A stretch of DNA of 53,960 bases, filler included, from Squatina squatina (GCA_031763465.1; 3 parts of 3 records of this genome joined end to end with filler, not necessarily neighbours in it); one strand, 5' to 3'; counted from the whole stretch's first letter, positions 1-13,284 are shown. The notes: generated by a model from the sequence alone, not told the origin. Numbers and translations: made by a program.

Positions 1-1714
1 ATCAGTTTAGGCAAGCTTTGAAACCTGGCAAGAGGTATAAAGCCAGTTGGGTAAGCCACTGATCCATCCAGTTCCCTATGTTATTCCAACTGCTTCTGCT
101 GCTATGACATGTATCCTTAATGACGCTTAGAGAGTTCCAATTAATGCCAAATTACATGCAGCTTTGTGCTGTAGACAAGCACCCATTGGGAACTGGTATG
201 AAACTACCCAAAATTATTTCACTTCAAACCCAAACAGCAGTCAGAGAAAACGTTCAGACCATCTGTCTCGGCTGGGTTCTAACCCAGGTCCCAAAGGTGA
301 AAGCATTGTGTTCCAATTCACTGTAGTCCCATGCTCTTAGCCATAATAAAGATTATTTCAAAGGCAGATTGAGCCTCTACGCTTTACTTTCACTGATTGA
401 ACACTATAGTTAATTAATAAAATCAGAAACACATGAATTTGTATTTTTTTACTTATTTTCAACAGCAGTTTCCACCTTCCTGTCCTTCCCTGTCTGTATC
501 CACTTACTAAGTGCTGATCCTTTGATTTGGAGATCAGCCAAAAAGCCCCTAATAGCTGTACAATGTCAGATGGATAAGCTGGAACAGCATAAAATCAAAA
601 TAAGAGTATAAACCAAACCATCAGTGTTNNNNNNNNNNNNNNNNNNNNNNNNNNNNNNNNNNNNNNNNNNNNNNNNNNNNNNNNNNNNNNNNNNNNNNNN
701 NNNNNNNNNNNNNNNNNNNNNNNNNNNNCATTTTGTTTTGACAAGACTCCATTTTAAGGCCCAGGTTATTGTCCAGAAAGTCTCAATTTGGGCACAATTC
801 TACACTGCTTTCTTACTTATGACACAAATTACATAATCCCTTACCAGTCATTAAAATGTCATGCTTCCTATATGTGTTTAATGGCAAGTAAAGCCCATTA
901 AAGGGAACACCACAGGAATGCAAATGTCATCAATGTTCCTTTTCCAATATTTGATGTTATCTTTGAGTATTGCAGCATGATAATAGCCCCAATAAGAAAT
1001 ATGGATTTTTAAAAATGAATGACAACATACCTGTTTGAAAGCATTCAGTCTGTTTCTCTTGCTGATTTTCCATACGAATATACATAATATAGACATCTCA
1101 TTAATCAGACTTGTTTTAAAGAAATTTCCTCCATAATGAAGTACATGCATTATAGTGGCCAAAAGGGATGCTGTAACTTCAATTAAAATGGATATTAGTA
1201 CATCAGAAAGACACGAAACTAATGAAGGACATTTATTGAAGCAAAATATCTGTTATTGTTCTTTCACTGATAGTAATTAGCCTATCTTCAGCTGAGAGAT
1301 TTCACTGGTCAAAACTTCAGTTTGGCAGATTGAGTATTGTAAAGTAATGTAATAATGTTAATAATTTTTATATTCGCATTTAAAATAGATAAAGTGAAAA
1401 CGCAGCAGTTTGACATTCGTGTTGTCATTATGTTTAAGCATCTTGTAATAATTATAGCTTTGCTTATTACAATGTGGTGAAATTGTACTGTGAGTGATCA
1501 AGAATGTGTTAGCATTTGTCCAGCTTCCCAAACTAGATGGTGGTAAGGCAAAAGCATCTGAGGGAATGACTGTTCACTTTTTATTCTAAAGAATCTATAG
1601 TCTCTCCAATAAATCTGGGGTATGGTTCCATTTTTGACACCTGTGATTATAATTTAACGGGAATGAAACATATTGTAAATAATGGCCATGATATGATTGA
1701 ATTTGATATTTTGT

Positions 1715-2060
1715 TTGAGAGGGATGAGAAATGAACTGACCACAGTAAACTGGGCTGAACTCTCAATGGATAAACAGACAAACAATGAGGAATATTTAAA
1801 GAACTATCATTATGATACAAAACTAGTAGATAACCCTAAAAGCAATGGCTTCACTTGTATAGTTAAGCAACCAAGGTCAACAAATGAGATAAAAGACAGC
1901 ATGCAGCTAAAAAGGCTTGCACGAAATGGAAGGAAAAGTGAAAATTCAGCAGACTGGAAGAGTAATAAAAATCAAGAAAGGGATATAAAGAAAGTAATGG
2001 GATACAAAAAGGGAATATGAACAAAAGCTTGCAAGGGATTTCAAAGCCAACAGCAAAAAT
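1715..2060 (+). mobile_element. Highly decayed CR1-type LINE ORF2 fragment
   Basis: Residual peptides GMRNELTTVNW, EIKDSMQLK and EQKLARDFK resemble the region between the CR1 endonuclease and RT. Boundaries approximate. Confidence 0.45.
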
Positions 2061-3737
2061 ATATTGGGCCAGTATTTGCTGTCAAAATAATGGCAAGGCT
2101 AATGTATTGCCGTTATTTNNNNNNNNNNNNNNNNNNNNNNNNNNNNNNNNNNNNNNNNNNNNNNNNNNNNNNNNNNNNNNNNNNNNNNNNNNNNNNNNNN
2201 NNNNNNNNNNNNNNNNNNCTGCTCAGACGCCTGCCAGCATGTTACACATTAAGGAGACCTTGTTGCCAATATGTCGCAGCAAGACTATGCATTAAACATT
2301 TTGGCAAGCTCTATGACATTATTTTTGCAAATTTATATAAAATGCAAGGTAGTTGGAACAGGTTCAGTCACTGAAGTGGGGGAGGACGCACTAGGTTTTA
2401 GGAACACTTGATGGACGCTGTGTCTTTTTAAGAATTTCAGTACAACAATCTAATTTATGTTTGCTGAAGGTGATGTTGATCTTGTCTATAAGGCCAGAGC
2501 AACGTTCATGCCATCTGTCACCTTGACTATATGCAGTGTCCTCTGGGGAGAGCCCGCTGGCTCCTGACCGCTTACAGATTGTACAGCCTGCATCTCCATA
2601 AGGCTCACAAGTACAGAGCCAGATGGCAAATGCATGCACACATTATGGGTCTTTATCTCTGTGCAGGAAATGTAGAAACCATTAGAGTTCTCTGTTGGAA
2701 AAATCTAGAGTTCCCTGTTAGATCAGCACTCGCTGGCACTACCTGATTCATTAACTGTTGCAATAGTAGGTGAATGTATAATTCATAGCAGAAAAAAGTA
2801 AGATTAAAAAGAAATTATTCATCTTGTTCAATTAGTTCTATTGTAAATCTTTTAACAAGCAAATTTACATGTCAGTACCTTTTGCATAATCAAGCTTCAT
2901 AANNNNNNNNNNNNNNNNNNNNNNNNNNNNNNNNNNNNNNNNNNNNNNNNNNNNNNNNNNNNNNNNNNNNNNNNNNNNNNNNNNNNNNNNNNNNNNNNNN
3001 NNAAACAAGCATATTTTTATTATTCAAATGTTCAATATAGTTATTTATTCCTTTGATCAATATTGTATGAAAATAAACTTTCTATGTAAATTTTACTTAA
3101 TTTACTTTGTTTGCTCTTTCTAGGTATTACCTCCCACTGTCTGTGCCGAGCTTTCAAATACCAGCTATAAATACAAATACTAGCTCTAAACTGCAATTAG
3201 TGGAGAACAGAAAGCCAGAAAATCATTAAAATAATAACCGTGAAATCCATTGAAAGAATTGACATTTCCCATAATTATTAATAAGATTTGATCTCGAGCT
3301 GAATATAGCTAGGGGAGCAGTTCAGTGTAATGAATTGATTGGAAGCGAAGTAGTCAAAGCAGAATCCTTCTGGTTGGACTAGTCACTCTCTGACACAGTC
3401 AAATGAAAATGATGTAGATTCCCTGTGAGGTGCACTTTGTTAATGTCTGGCATTATTAAGTTAGAGGGCAAACACGATTCCCTCTGGTCAACGGAACTGA
3501 ATTAATTAGTGACTTGAGCTAGTTAATCATGGAAGACAATTACTGTGATTCCCTCCTGATACTGTACTGTAGCAAATGAAGCTAGGAACATCTTAGGAAC
3601 TGTTTCCAAGTTTTCACTGAACAAAATCAGAAACGANNNNNNNNNNNNNNNNNNNNNNNNNNNNNNNNNNNNNNNNNNNNNNNNNNNNNNNNNNNNNNNN
3701 NNNNNNNNNNNNNNNNNNNNNNNNNNNNNNNNNNNNC

Positions 3738-3838
3738 GCGCCTGTTCCACCATGCAGTGAGATCATGGTGATCTTCTGACCTCAACGCCATTTTCCTGCA
3801 CTATCCCCATATCCCTTGATGTCTTTAGTATCTAGAAA
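3738..3838 (-). mobile_element. CR1/HER LINE 3' fragment
   Basis: Reverse-complement similarity to the 3' end of the copy at 8860-9423 (gatcatgg, ccccatatcccttgat). Confidence 0.65.
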
Positions 3839-4717
3839 TTATATGAGCCTTGCTTTAATTACTAAATAAACAAGCTGCATTTATTTAAAAAAAAGTAAAC
3901 TGTACATTGTAACATATCCTGGTTTCAAAAGTTGTAATAGTCACCTCGTGTTCAAGAACAAAACAAACTGAACAAAAGTACGTTTAAAACTCAATCAAAA
4001 CGAGAACAAGAAGACACCAGCAAATTTCCAACAATAATGCAAACATGCACACACGCAAAATTAGAATAAACAATATCCAAAGCGGGAATGCAGAAAAAGC
4101 TGGAATGCGCAGCAAGTTCAACAGCATTTGCAAAGAAAAGTCAGGTTAATGCTTCAGGTGTAAATCTGTTCCTCCCCAGTCTACTCCAAATTCAAAGCTC
4201 ACATGAAGAATCCAGTCATGCACATTAAACAGTTTTAATGACAAGGTATACCAGAACACTGGAAAAGATCACGAAACCTCAAAGCAAGTATTGCAGTGCA
4301 CCCGATCAAAAGTCTAAAGTTCGGTCATTTTGCAAAATACACTGCGACCTAGGAATAGATAGAACTGGCAGCTTGCAAAAGGAATTTCAGCCGTTAGGGG
4401 ATAGATTAAAGGGCAGGCCCAACAAAAGCGGCAATCTCAGGATTACTCCTGGTGCCATGTGCTAGACAGCATAGGAATAGTAAAATACGGCAGCTAAATT
4501 CCTGGCTGGTGAGACGGTGTAGGAGGGTAGGGTTCAGATTCTTGGGAGATTGGGATCAGTTCTGGGGCAGGAGTAGCCTTTAAGGAGATCGACAGGCTTT
4601 TCTCCAACATATCATCTCTTCCAGCAAACATCCCTTATTTCTTGTGCCTCAGAGCACTTCACAGATTGAGTTACTTCCCAAGTGCAGCGGCTGTCGTTAT
4701 GTCGCAATGTGAAGTGA

Positions 4718-5258
4718 ATAAATTGTGTACCGTTTTGGTCCCCTTATTTAAGGAGGGATATAATTGCATTGGAGGCAGTTCAGAGAAGGTTCCCTCGGTT
4801 GATTCTGGGTATGGAAGGCTTATGAGGAAAGGTTGAGCAGGTTGGGCCTATAGTCACTGGAGCTTAGAAGAACGAGAGGTGATCTTATTGAAACATATAC
4901 TACTCTGAGGGGGCTGGACAGGGTAAATGCTGAGAGGATTGTTCCCCTCGAGGGGGAATCTAGAACTAGGGGGCATAGTCTCAGAGTAAGGGGTCGCCCA
5001 TTTAAGACGGACAGAATTTCTTCTGAGGGTTATGAATCTTTGGAATTCTTTACCCCAGAAAGCTGTGGAGGCTGAGTCATTGAATATATTCAAGGCTGAG
5101 ATAGACAGATTTTTGAACAACAGCGGAGTCAAAGGTTATGGAGAACAGGCAGGAAAGTGGAATTGAGGCCAGAATCAGATCAGCCATGATCATGTTGAAT
5201 GACGGAGCAGGCTCGAGGGGCCAAATGGCCTACTCCTGCTCCTACTTCATATGTTCTA
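4718..5258 (+). mobile_element. 5'-truncated CR1/HER-type LINE (end of RT ORF plus 3' UTR)
   Basis: Decayed FWSPYLRRDIIALEAVQRRF...WNSLPQKAVEA...IDRFL, ending in the family tail gatcagccatgatc...ggcctactcctgctccta that recurs in this window. Confidence 0.88.
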
Positions 5259-5369
5259 ATACAGTTTGGGAAAAGGAATAGTTGAAGAAGGTAGCTAAAT
5301 TCAGAGTGAAGGAAGAGAGATCCAAGAGTGTAGATGCAAAGATTTAAAAATTTGAGTTCAGATAGAAAA

Positions 5370-5690
5370 AGGTAATTAAAAAAGGTAAATGGATACATGA
5401 GCCATTGAATATAAACTCAAGGAAGTGATGTTGAATTTATACAAGACATTGATCAGGTGCAGTTGGGAGAATTGAATGCACCCCATTATAGGAAGAATAT
5501 TTACAGCCATGGAAAAGGTACAGCAAAGATTCACTCGCATAATAGCAGGAATAAAAGATCATAGTTTTGAAGGCTCAAAAAAAAAAAATAGGCCGTTTTA
5601 ACTGGAACAGAAAAACATCAGGGGGTCTTAGTTTTCAAAATTATAAACAGTTTTGCAGAGGATAAAAAGTGAAAAAATTGTTTACATGCT
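5370..5690 (+). mobile_element. Old decayed CR1 fragment
   Basis: Residual EVMLNLYKTLIR and MEKVQQRFTRII motifs of the CR1 ORF2 C-terminus. Confidence 0.55.
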
Positions 5691-6591
5691 ATATGCAGCA
5701 GCTCTCCATTAATGCCAAACATATTTTGCACCCTCCACTCATGGAGAAGGACACTACACCCAATTTGAGCAGATAATAAAAAAAAACTAGTAATTTGAAG
5801 TTGAAATTTATTATCTATGTCAGCACTGTATGGAGTGCATCTTTTATTTTAGTATATTAGGTGATATAACGCCATGGTACAGGAACAGTAAGACCCAATG
5901 TCTCAGGAATTTGTTTCTGGTGGTTTTTGTATGCTGTGAAATGCTAGATATCAAGGGCAAGTTTCAATGGATGCCCCAGCATCCTGATTCATTTAGTGAT
6001 GAATAACTTTGCATTAGAATTTGAAGTTCAAGGGACCGATTATTATTAAGGCCTAATCAGACAGAGAAATAAACATTAGTAGTAATTATTGGTATAATTA
6101 CAGCATTCTAAAAGATACTGGATAATAAAGGGGTATGTGGTGAAGCAGGAAAATGTGTAAATCAGCCCCCCAGAGAGGCCTATATTCAGCACAGACAAGC
6201 AAGGCTTTTACCTCCATCTGTGCAAAGTTTCTAGGCAGGAAAATGAGCCGACTTGGCTCATTCTTCAAGCAATGTTTTATACTGAGATATTACATTTTTT
6301 GCCCATTGATTTTTCTGATAAAATTTTCCATTTAAGAATTCATGCGATTACTTAAAAAAAATTAATCTTAAAAGCAATCTTAAGACGATGGTTGAAGATT
6401 TACTGTTACCTTGCTGATGGATAGTAAGAAGCTTAAAAATCACAGGTGGTTAAGGTGTGCTATTGGGAAAAATTGGTCCGGTTCAGATTAACCACCGTGA
6501 GAGCAGAGCAGATGATAACAAACATCATTCATACACGCAGCACGTGCAGTCCATCCTGACAAACACCAAACGCATTTTAAGAGATTCATAT

Positions 6592-6990
6592 CTCACCTCT
6601 GAGTCAGAAGGTTACGGGTTCAAGTCCCACTCCAGAGACTTGAGCAAAAAAATCTAGGCAGTGCCGAGGGAGTGCTGCACTGCCAGAGGTGCCGACTTTC
6701 GGATGAGATGTTAAACCGAGGCTCCATCTACCCTCTCAAGTGAAAGATCCCACGGCATTATTTCAAAGAAGAGCAGGGGAGTTATCCCCAGTGTCCTGGC
6801 CAATATTTATCCCTCAATCATCGCAAAAAACTAAATGGTCATTGCTATATTGCTGTTTATGGGAGCTTACTGTGCGCAAATTGGCTGCCACGTTTCCTGC
6901 ATTACAACAGTGACTACACTTCAAAAAGCACTTCATTGGCTGGAAAGCGTCCAGAGGTTGTGAAAGACGACATATATGTGCCAGTCGTTT
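6592..6990 (+). mobile_element. tRNA-derived Deu-domain SINE (SacSINE1/AmnSINE1-like)
   Basis: tRNA-like head with B-box gggttcaagtccc, Deu core gagggagtgctgcactg...ggatgagatgttaaaccgagg, and 3' part gggagcttactgtgcgcaaattggctgcc...cacttcattggctg. Fragments recur in the window. Confidence 0.85.
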
Positions 6991-7312
6991 TTTTTTAAAG
7001 AGGAGGCCCATTGAGTAATTCAGTAAGTGCTCAATGACCGGTTCAGCAGCCTGTGCAACCAATGCTGCAGTCGCTCTAACATGCAGGCGTTGGAGAACGT
7101 TATGGACTGATCCAAAGGTTACAGGATCAGGGAATGCTCTGCATGACTATGTCTGGATTCTCCTGAAATGATCGATAATTCTCCAGCTGCCAGACATCAG
7201 GACAATGATCAGCAGTTCAGGCTACAGAACCCACTACACTGTAGAATAGAAAACAGAACAGCAGGCAAAATACTGAGTTTTAACAATAAAGAATATAAAG
7301 TAAATCTGACCA

Positions 7313-7730
7313 TTATATTGGCCTTGGAGGGAGTGCAGCGCAGGTTTACCAGAATGATACCCGGACTTCAAGGGTTAAATTACGAGGCGAGATTACACAC
7401 ACTGGGGTGTATTCTCTAGAATTTAAAAGGTTTGGAGTTTTCAGGATATTAAGGCGAACAGATCAGGTAGATAGAGAGAAACTATTTCCACTGGTTGGGG
7501 AGTCTAGAACTTGGGGACATCGTCAAAAATTTGGAGCTAGACCTTTCAGGAGTGAAATTAAGAAACATTTCTACAATGTTTGGAACTCTCTTCTGCAAAT
7601 GGCAATTGGTGCTGGATCAATTGTTAATGTTAAATCAGAGATTGATAGCTTTCTGTTAACCAGAGGTATTAAGTGATATGGGCCAAAGACGGGCATATGG
7701 AGTTCGGTCACAGATCAGCCATGATCTATA
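7313..7730 (+). mobile_element. CR1 LINE 3' fragment
   Basis: ILALEGVQRRFTRMIPGLQGLNYEARL...EKLFPLVGESRT...VWNSL...EIDSFL, then the start of the 3' tail. Confidence 0.85.
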
Positions 7731-7942
7731 AGATCATAAGAAGTAGGAGCAGGAGTGGGCCATTTGGCCCCTCGAGCCTGCTCCACCATTCAATAAGATC
7801 ATGGCTGATCCGACATTTCTCAAGTCCACCTTCCCACCTTCTCCCCATAACCCTTGATTCCCTTGCTGATTAGAAATCTATCTATCTCGGACTTAAATAT
7901 GCACAAGGTCTCAGCCTCCACAGCCCTCTGTGGCAAGGAGTT
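7731..7942 (-). mobile_element. CR1 LINE 3' end, inverted, tail-to-tail with the previous copy
   Basis: Its reverse complement is nearly identical to the tail at about 9346-9421. Confidence 0.85.
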
Positions 7943-8094
7943 NNNNNNNNNNNNNNNNNNNNNNNNNNNNNNNNNTGATAAGATTCACAGTTCCTTGAAC
8001 CTAGATAAACACTATTTAGAACATTAACATTTAAAAATGATATTCTTTCTTTTTCAAGACTGTGTAAGAATTCAATTTGGTTTGAAATCATTGC

Positions 8095-8237
8095 TTAAAT
8101 GTCTACCCGTGTTGCCTGACCAAAGATGATAAAGACAGAAAGGCCAAATGTGTTGACTATGCTGATCAAGTTGAAAACTGACGGCCAGGATCCTGAGGTT
8201 TCTATGAGGTAACCTGCAAAGTACACTAAAGCAACCC
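8095..8237 (-). CDS. SLC17A9: SLC17A9 (vesicular nucleotide transporter VNUT), last coding exon
   Basis: Minus strand: acceptor ttcttcattgcag, then (G)VALVYFAGYLIETSGSWPSVFNLISIVNTFGLSVFIIFGQATRVDI-TAA. Matches the recalled human C-terminus GVVGVCLGGYLMETTGSWTCLFNLVAIISNLGLCTFLVFGQAQRVDL. Confidence 0.93.
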
Positions 8238-8859
8238 CTGCAATGAAGAAAAAGTAAAATTAACAAAGTTGGTGTCTGTGGGGAGGGAGGAAGGATGCGT
8301 AGTAGCCCTACTCAATATAAACCTCCGACACACCACTTAGCTGTTTATTCTGCATCAATGGGACTTGATTTTCACATGCATCAATACAAAACTGGTAGTC
8401 AAGTCAGTGATCGGACTCCTGCATGCACTAAAATTGCAGCAGGTAGTTTTAGCTCAGGTGCAGTATATCTGCAGTCCAGTACAACATCAAGTCTAAAAAC
8501 GTTTCCGTATGATTCATGTGACTGCCAGGGAATTCTCCTAACATTAGAAAATTAAAATTTCACAAGGATCCCATGATCCTGCCTGCAATCTACAAACATT
8601 ACAGTGTAACTGTCAGTGAATAGAGTTCTGCATATTTGTGCATGCACAAAGCACCCACCCTGATGGTCATAGAACATGATGCACCCAACAGCATAACATG
8701 GCTCTACCAAGCATCCATAACAGTTCTGTTCCTTGCTTGGTAACTTCAGTAGGTCGTTCTAACAAAAAAATATTAAATATTATAGAGATGTGTCTTCTTC
8801 CTGCCCCAGCCCATTTTCTTTCCACGATTGGAGTTGTGGGCCACCCGTTTATGCTTAGA

Positions 8860-9423
8860 AGGGCCATGGTGAGACCACACCTGGTGTACTGCGTACAATT
8901 TTGGTCTCCTTACCCAAGGAAAGATAGAATTGCTATAGAGGGAGTGCAACAAAAGGTTCACCAGACTGATTCCTGGAATGGTGGGATTGTCCTATGAGGA
9001 GAGATTGAGTAGACTAGATCTATATTCCCCAGAGTTTAGAAGAATGAGAAGTTATCTCATTGAAACATACAAATTCTTACAGGGCGTGACAGGATAGATG
9101 CAGGGAGGATGTTTCCCCTGGCTGGGGAGCCGAGAACCAGGGGTCACAGTCAAAGAATCAGGAGTCGGTCATTTAGGACTGAGATGAGGAGAAATTTCTT
9201 CACTCAGAGGCTGGTGATTCTTTGGAATTCTCAATCCCGAAGGGCTGTGGAAGCTCAGTTGTTGAACATATTCAAGACAGAGATCGATAGATTTTTTGAT
9301 ATTAAGGGAATCAAGGGATATGGGGATAGTGCAGTTGAGGTAGAAGATCAGCCATGATCTTATTGAATGACGGAGAAGGCTCGAGGGGCCAAATGGCCTA
9401 CTCCTGCTCCTATCTCTTATGTA
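8860..9423 (+). mobile_element. 5'-truncated CR1/HER LINE within SLC17A9 intron
   Basis: RAMVRPHLVYCVQFWSPY...MFPLAGEPRTRGHS...RNFFTQR..ILWNS...KTEIDRF plus the complete 3' tail. Confidence 0.9.
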
Positions 9424-9754
9424 AACAGAGTCGCTCTTCAATGCCATTATTCAAATATCAAAAATTCAGGTGGAGTATGCATCACTTAAGATTCCCTCTA
9501 AAACTGAAGAAGATTTATGTAAAAGGGCATGGGGTTAATTTGATCTTGCCGTCTAGGGAGTTGCAAGTGTCTGGGAATGTGGCACACAGCCAATATATGA
9601 ATACACCATGTGGGAATCTCATCAGTAGAATGCCATAAGAACATTCAGGAGCTANNNNNNNNNNNNNNNNNNNNNNNNNNNNNNNNNNNNNNNNNNNNNN
9701 NNNNNNNNNNNNNNNNNNNNNNNNNNNNNNNNNNNNNNNNNNNNNNNNNNNNNN

Positions 9755-9850
9755 CCTGAAATGGGAACTCGGTTTAGTGTCTCATCTGGCAGTGCAGTAC
9801 TGAGGGAATACCCTGGAGTGGAGCTTGAACCCACAACCTTCTGACTCAGC
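9755..9850 (-). mobile_element. Deu-SINE 5' fragment
   Basis: Reverse complement of the head and core of 6592-6990 (cttgaacccacaaccttctgactcag). Confidence 0.65.
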
Positions 9851-9968
9851 AGATGACAGCCCTATCATTAAGCGATGGCTAACACCTTAAAATAGTTTTA
9901 TACCATATATTGTAGAACTTAATAGATGGTCCAAGACATGCAAGTTTAATACAACTATATCAGCTTAC

Positions 9969-10084
9969 CTGTGACTGAAGGTCTGGAATCCTAAACTAGC
10001 AGATATAAATATTAAGGCTTGGGAATAGCTGCCTGAGTAACACAATAATTTGGTAAAGATACTGGATATTCCCATGGCAATCAC
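9969..10084 (-). CDS. SLC17A9: SLC17A9 internal exon (116 bp)
   Basis: Acceptor ttttaaatag and donor gtaagc. Encodes VIAMGISSIFTKLLCYSGSYSQALIFISASLGFQTFSH(S), like human GMGLGLSSVFALCLGHTSSFCESVVFASASIGLQTFNHS. Phase joins the 35-bp exon upstream. Confidence 0.92.
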
Positions 10085-10188
10085 CTATTTAAAACAAAAA
10101 CAAAATCGGGGATTGGTTTTACCTCTACTCTCTTACATAACTGAACTATTCCAAAAATGTTTTAAATAAAGTTTATCAGTCATCATAC

Positions 10189-10223
10189 CTGCATTAACTT
10201 ACGCACCTTAGCGGTGTCAAATC
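10189..10223 (-). CDS. SLC17A9: SLC17A9 small internal exon (35 bp)
   Basis: Acceptor ttatttcag and donor gtatga. Encodes (G)FDTAKVRKLMQ, like human GYRAITVRKLMQ. A 104-bp intron separates it from the next exon. Confidence 0.88.
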
Positions 10224-12442
10224 CTGAAATAACATACAAAATATTATCAGTATCATCAGCTTCCTCAAAACCACAATATGAACATCTATCTTATTGTGTG
10301 TGGAGTTTAACCCACATATTACATAAATTTTTTCCATTTAAAAAAGGTTTATTTTCAATTATACTGTTGCTATGTTCCTATTATGTTGCCCAACAGCTTG
10401 CATGCCTATATCTTCCATTCCTTTCTTCACATATGTTACTGAATTTCTCAGGAGAATAAGGTTGTCCTTACAATCCCAATACCGCTACAGAAATGTCAAA
10501 CTTTAGGTCAACTCGCAAGCAGCCCTTCACGACTCTCATTGTTGACTGTGCGGTGCTCAAATAGCTCTGATGTGAAATGCATGGAAGGCCATTTAATCCA
10601 AGATTGGAGAGTTCTTTTTAAATCCAAGTTCTTTTATCAAAACTAATGGGGACTCTGTGTGATAGTGCAATACGGGTGATAGCGAATCATTACCTCGTTT
10701 TACATTTCTCCCCAGTTTCATTTCCATCGTAGTCAACAATCAGAAGAGATGTAAAACGAGCTGCCGACTCGCTGTCAGCCGTTTTACACTATGACACAAA
10801 GTCATAGTGTGTCCGAGAATGCCCATACTTGGATCAAGAGAGTGTAAATTAGTTGTCCCTGGGCCTCTATCTGTTCCTGTATAGCAGACTACTAGAGGGA
10901 GGGGGCTGGATTCCTTCCCCCAGTTTTGCATAGCTCCCTGCAGGGACTGCCTGCTCTGCATAGCAGCTCTTATGCTGACACACCTGTGACAAAATGACAG
11001 GTGCAAACCTACAATTCAGCACTCTGTGGCATGCTGTGCCAGGCCTGCAAAACAGTGCTCTACTTGGAACTCAACTATAATTAATTAATAAAACAATTTC
11101 TTTACACAAAATATTTTGACTACTTTTTTTTCCACTGGCAATCTGACATTTTGCACCAATGGACATTACTCTCATGAAGGGTAAAGTTATTCTTAGCACA
11201 CAGGCAGTGTTAAAAGAAATGTAACATTTTCCCTCNNNNNNNNNNNNNNNNNNNNNNNNNNNNNNNNNNNNNNNNNNNNNNNNNNNNNNNNNNNNNNNNN
11301 NNNNNNNNNNNNNNNNNNNNNNNNNNNNNNNNNNNNNNNNNNNNNNNNNNNNNNNNNNNNNNNNNNNNNNNNNNNNNNNNNNNNNNNNNNNNNNNNNNNN
11401 NNNNNNNNNNNNNNNNNNNNNNNNNNNNNNNNNNNNNNNNNNNNNNNNNNNNNNNNNNNNNNNNNNNNNNNNNNNNNNNNNNNNNNNNGAATGATAACAA
11501 TATTCTCAATGAGGAGTCTGGTGAACAGTTACAAAGCTCTACTGCACGATCGTGGGTAATTTTCCGACTTTGCACTGCTGGCAGGGAGGCTTGTACACTG
11601 GAAATTAGGTGCGACTGCAATTAATGTTCACAAAATTAAGCATAGTATGTGCCTAGGGCTCCATGTTGGCAACGTCACGTAGGAAAGTTACCCTCTGGTG
11701 CTAGCAGCAAAAGGAGTTAAATCATTTGCACTGTACAAATGCATTTAAAAGTACAGCTCCATGGCACAGGTGCTCACAGGGCATGAGCTGCAAGCCTTTG
11801 AGTACTATGCTGACATCTTATAAAATTATATACAATCAAACATTAATTTAACAAGCACTATGACAAATGAATGCAGCTTCTTAGCACCTGACAATCAACA
11901 TGGGGCAAAAATGTATTAGTTCTCCAGGGAATTGCATCAACCTGTTCGGCTAAATAACTTCAAATGCTCCAGACTCTGCCCAGCAAAAGGGAACGCAGCG
12001 ACATAAAGACAAAACCACTGAATGGCTCAAGCCTTCCAACTCCCCTCGGTGAAAATAGTGAATCGATGTTGCAATCACTCAGTTGGAGATAGTTTTTCAG
12101 CCACTGGCAAAGCTACAGGACAAAAAAAAAAAGTCTCTTTAAAAAAAAAAATCAGTTGTGGGCCACCTGTGTTGAAAGGAATATTAAATGTTCCCTTTGC
12201 TCCACCAACTTTCCCAGCGGCTTGAGTGTGCTGTATAGATGAGGGGTAACAAAAGCAATGTTATTACCTGCTTCTTTTTACAATGGTATTAACACCAGCC
12301 CCTCGAGTTGGTCTCCAAAAAGTCAGAGGTGACTTTACAACTATTTGTAGTGCTAATTTGCTGCCAGTTTTCAGCAGTTGTGTTGGATTCAATAAAAATC
12401 AGTATTGGTTAGTAGCAATGCTCTGCCCCTCAATGTCTGCTG

Positions 12443-12556
12443 CAAGCTTTGTACCTCTGTAATCTCCTCCAGCCCTACAACCCACTGAGATCTCTGCGCT
12501 CCACCAACTCTGGCCTTGAGCAACCACGATTTTAATCACTCCACCATTGGTGGCTG
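12443..12556 (+). mobile_element. L2-type LINE 3' fragment
   Basis: ctctgtaatctcctccagccctacaac...gagatctctgcgctcc encodes LCNLLQPYNPLRSLRS, an L2 ORF2 C-terminal motif. Cut by a gap. Confidence 0.55.
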
Positions 12557-13284
12557 NNNNNNNNNNCATTTCTGAAAAAAAAAGAGTATGGCCTGCATAT
12601 ACTGTACCAAGGGATAGAAGACAAACAGATGAGCTTGGAGGGGATGAAGTGACCCTTTTGTGCTGTTTAATCTCAATTCTCTAGTAGAGTTTGTGTGAAG
12701 ATTCATCACTCCCAAAATTAGAAATGTATCATCCAGAATTGTCCAGTGTTTGAAACATGTAGCCAAGTTTAGGATTCAAAAAATTAGTACTGAAACATAC
12801 TCTCATATACCCGCCAATTTAAATAGGAGTCTGTAATAATCATTAGCTTTTTATCTTGCTCTAGGTTGTTCCATCATTTTCCATGCAACATTCCCCAACT
12901 GAGAAAGCAGGCAAATCTCTGCTACTGTAACTCTATACAAGTGCTAAAATCTACAGCTCATGGCACATGCCATGGATTTTATATTCCCCAGGAGGGAATT
13001 GTCAAGCCTCTAGTGAGCACTTCCTTCTGTTGTAATGTTCTAGTTCAGAACCTCATCACCATGGCTACGGATTTACAGTTTACACAGAAAAATGGACAGA
13101 GTCACAGAGTTTGATCCTGCTTTCATACCTATTCTGAAAATGCACTTGAAGATCTTGTTTTAGTGAGAAAATAGTATATTGTAAGCAGGATGTTCTGAAG
13201 GGCTTTTGCTCAAATATAACAACGAATTAAATAAACTATATCTTATAAAGAACTAGATGATTCACAGGCTAAGAGACAACACAC

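Noticed and set aside
1031-1162. ORF 878..1162 (-) with an internal cag|gtatg donor-like site
   Set aside because: No recognisable protein in any frame and no good acceptor.
6592-6640. tRNA gene suggested by the B-box gggttcaagtccc
   Set aside because: It is the head of a Deu-SINE and has no complete cloverleaf.
3738-9423. Recurring gatcagccatgatc...cctgctccta units as a CRISPR-like or novel repeat array
   Set aside because: They are irregularly spaced, occur in both orientations and are attached to CR1 RT remnants, so they are ordinary LINE tails.
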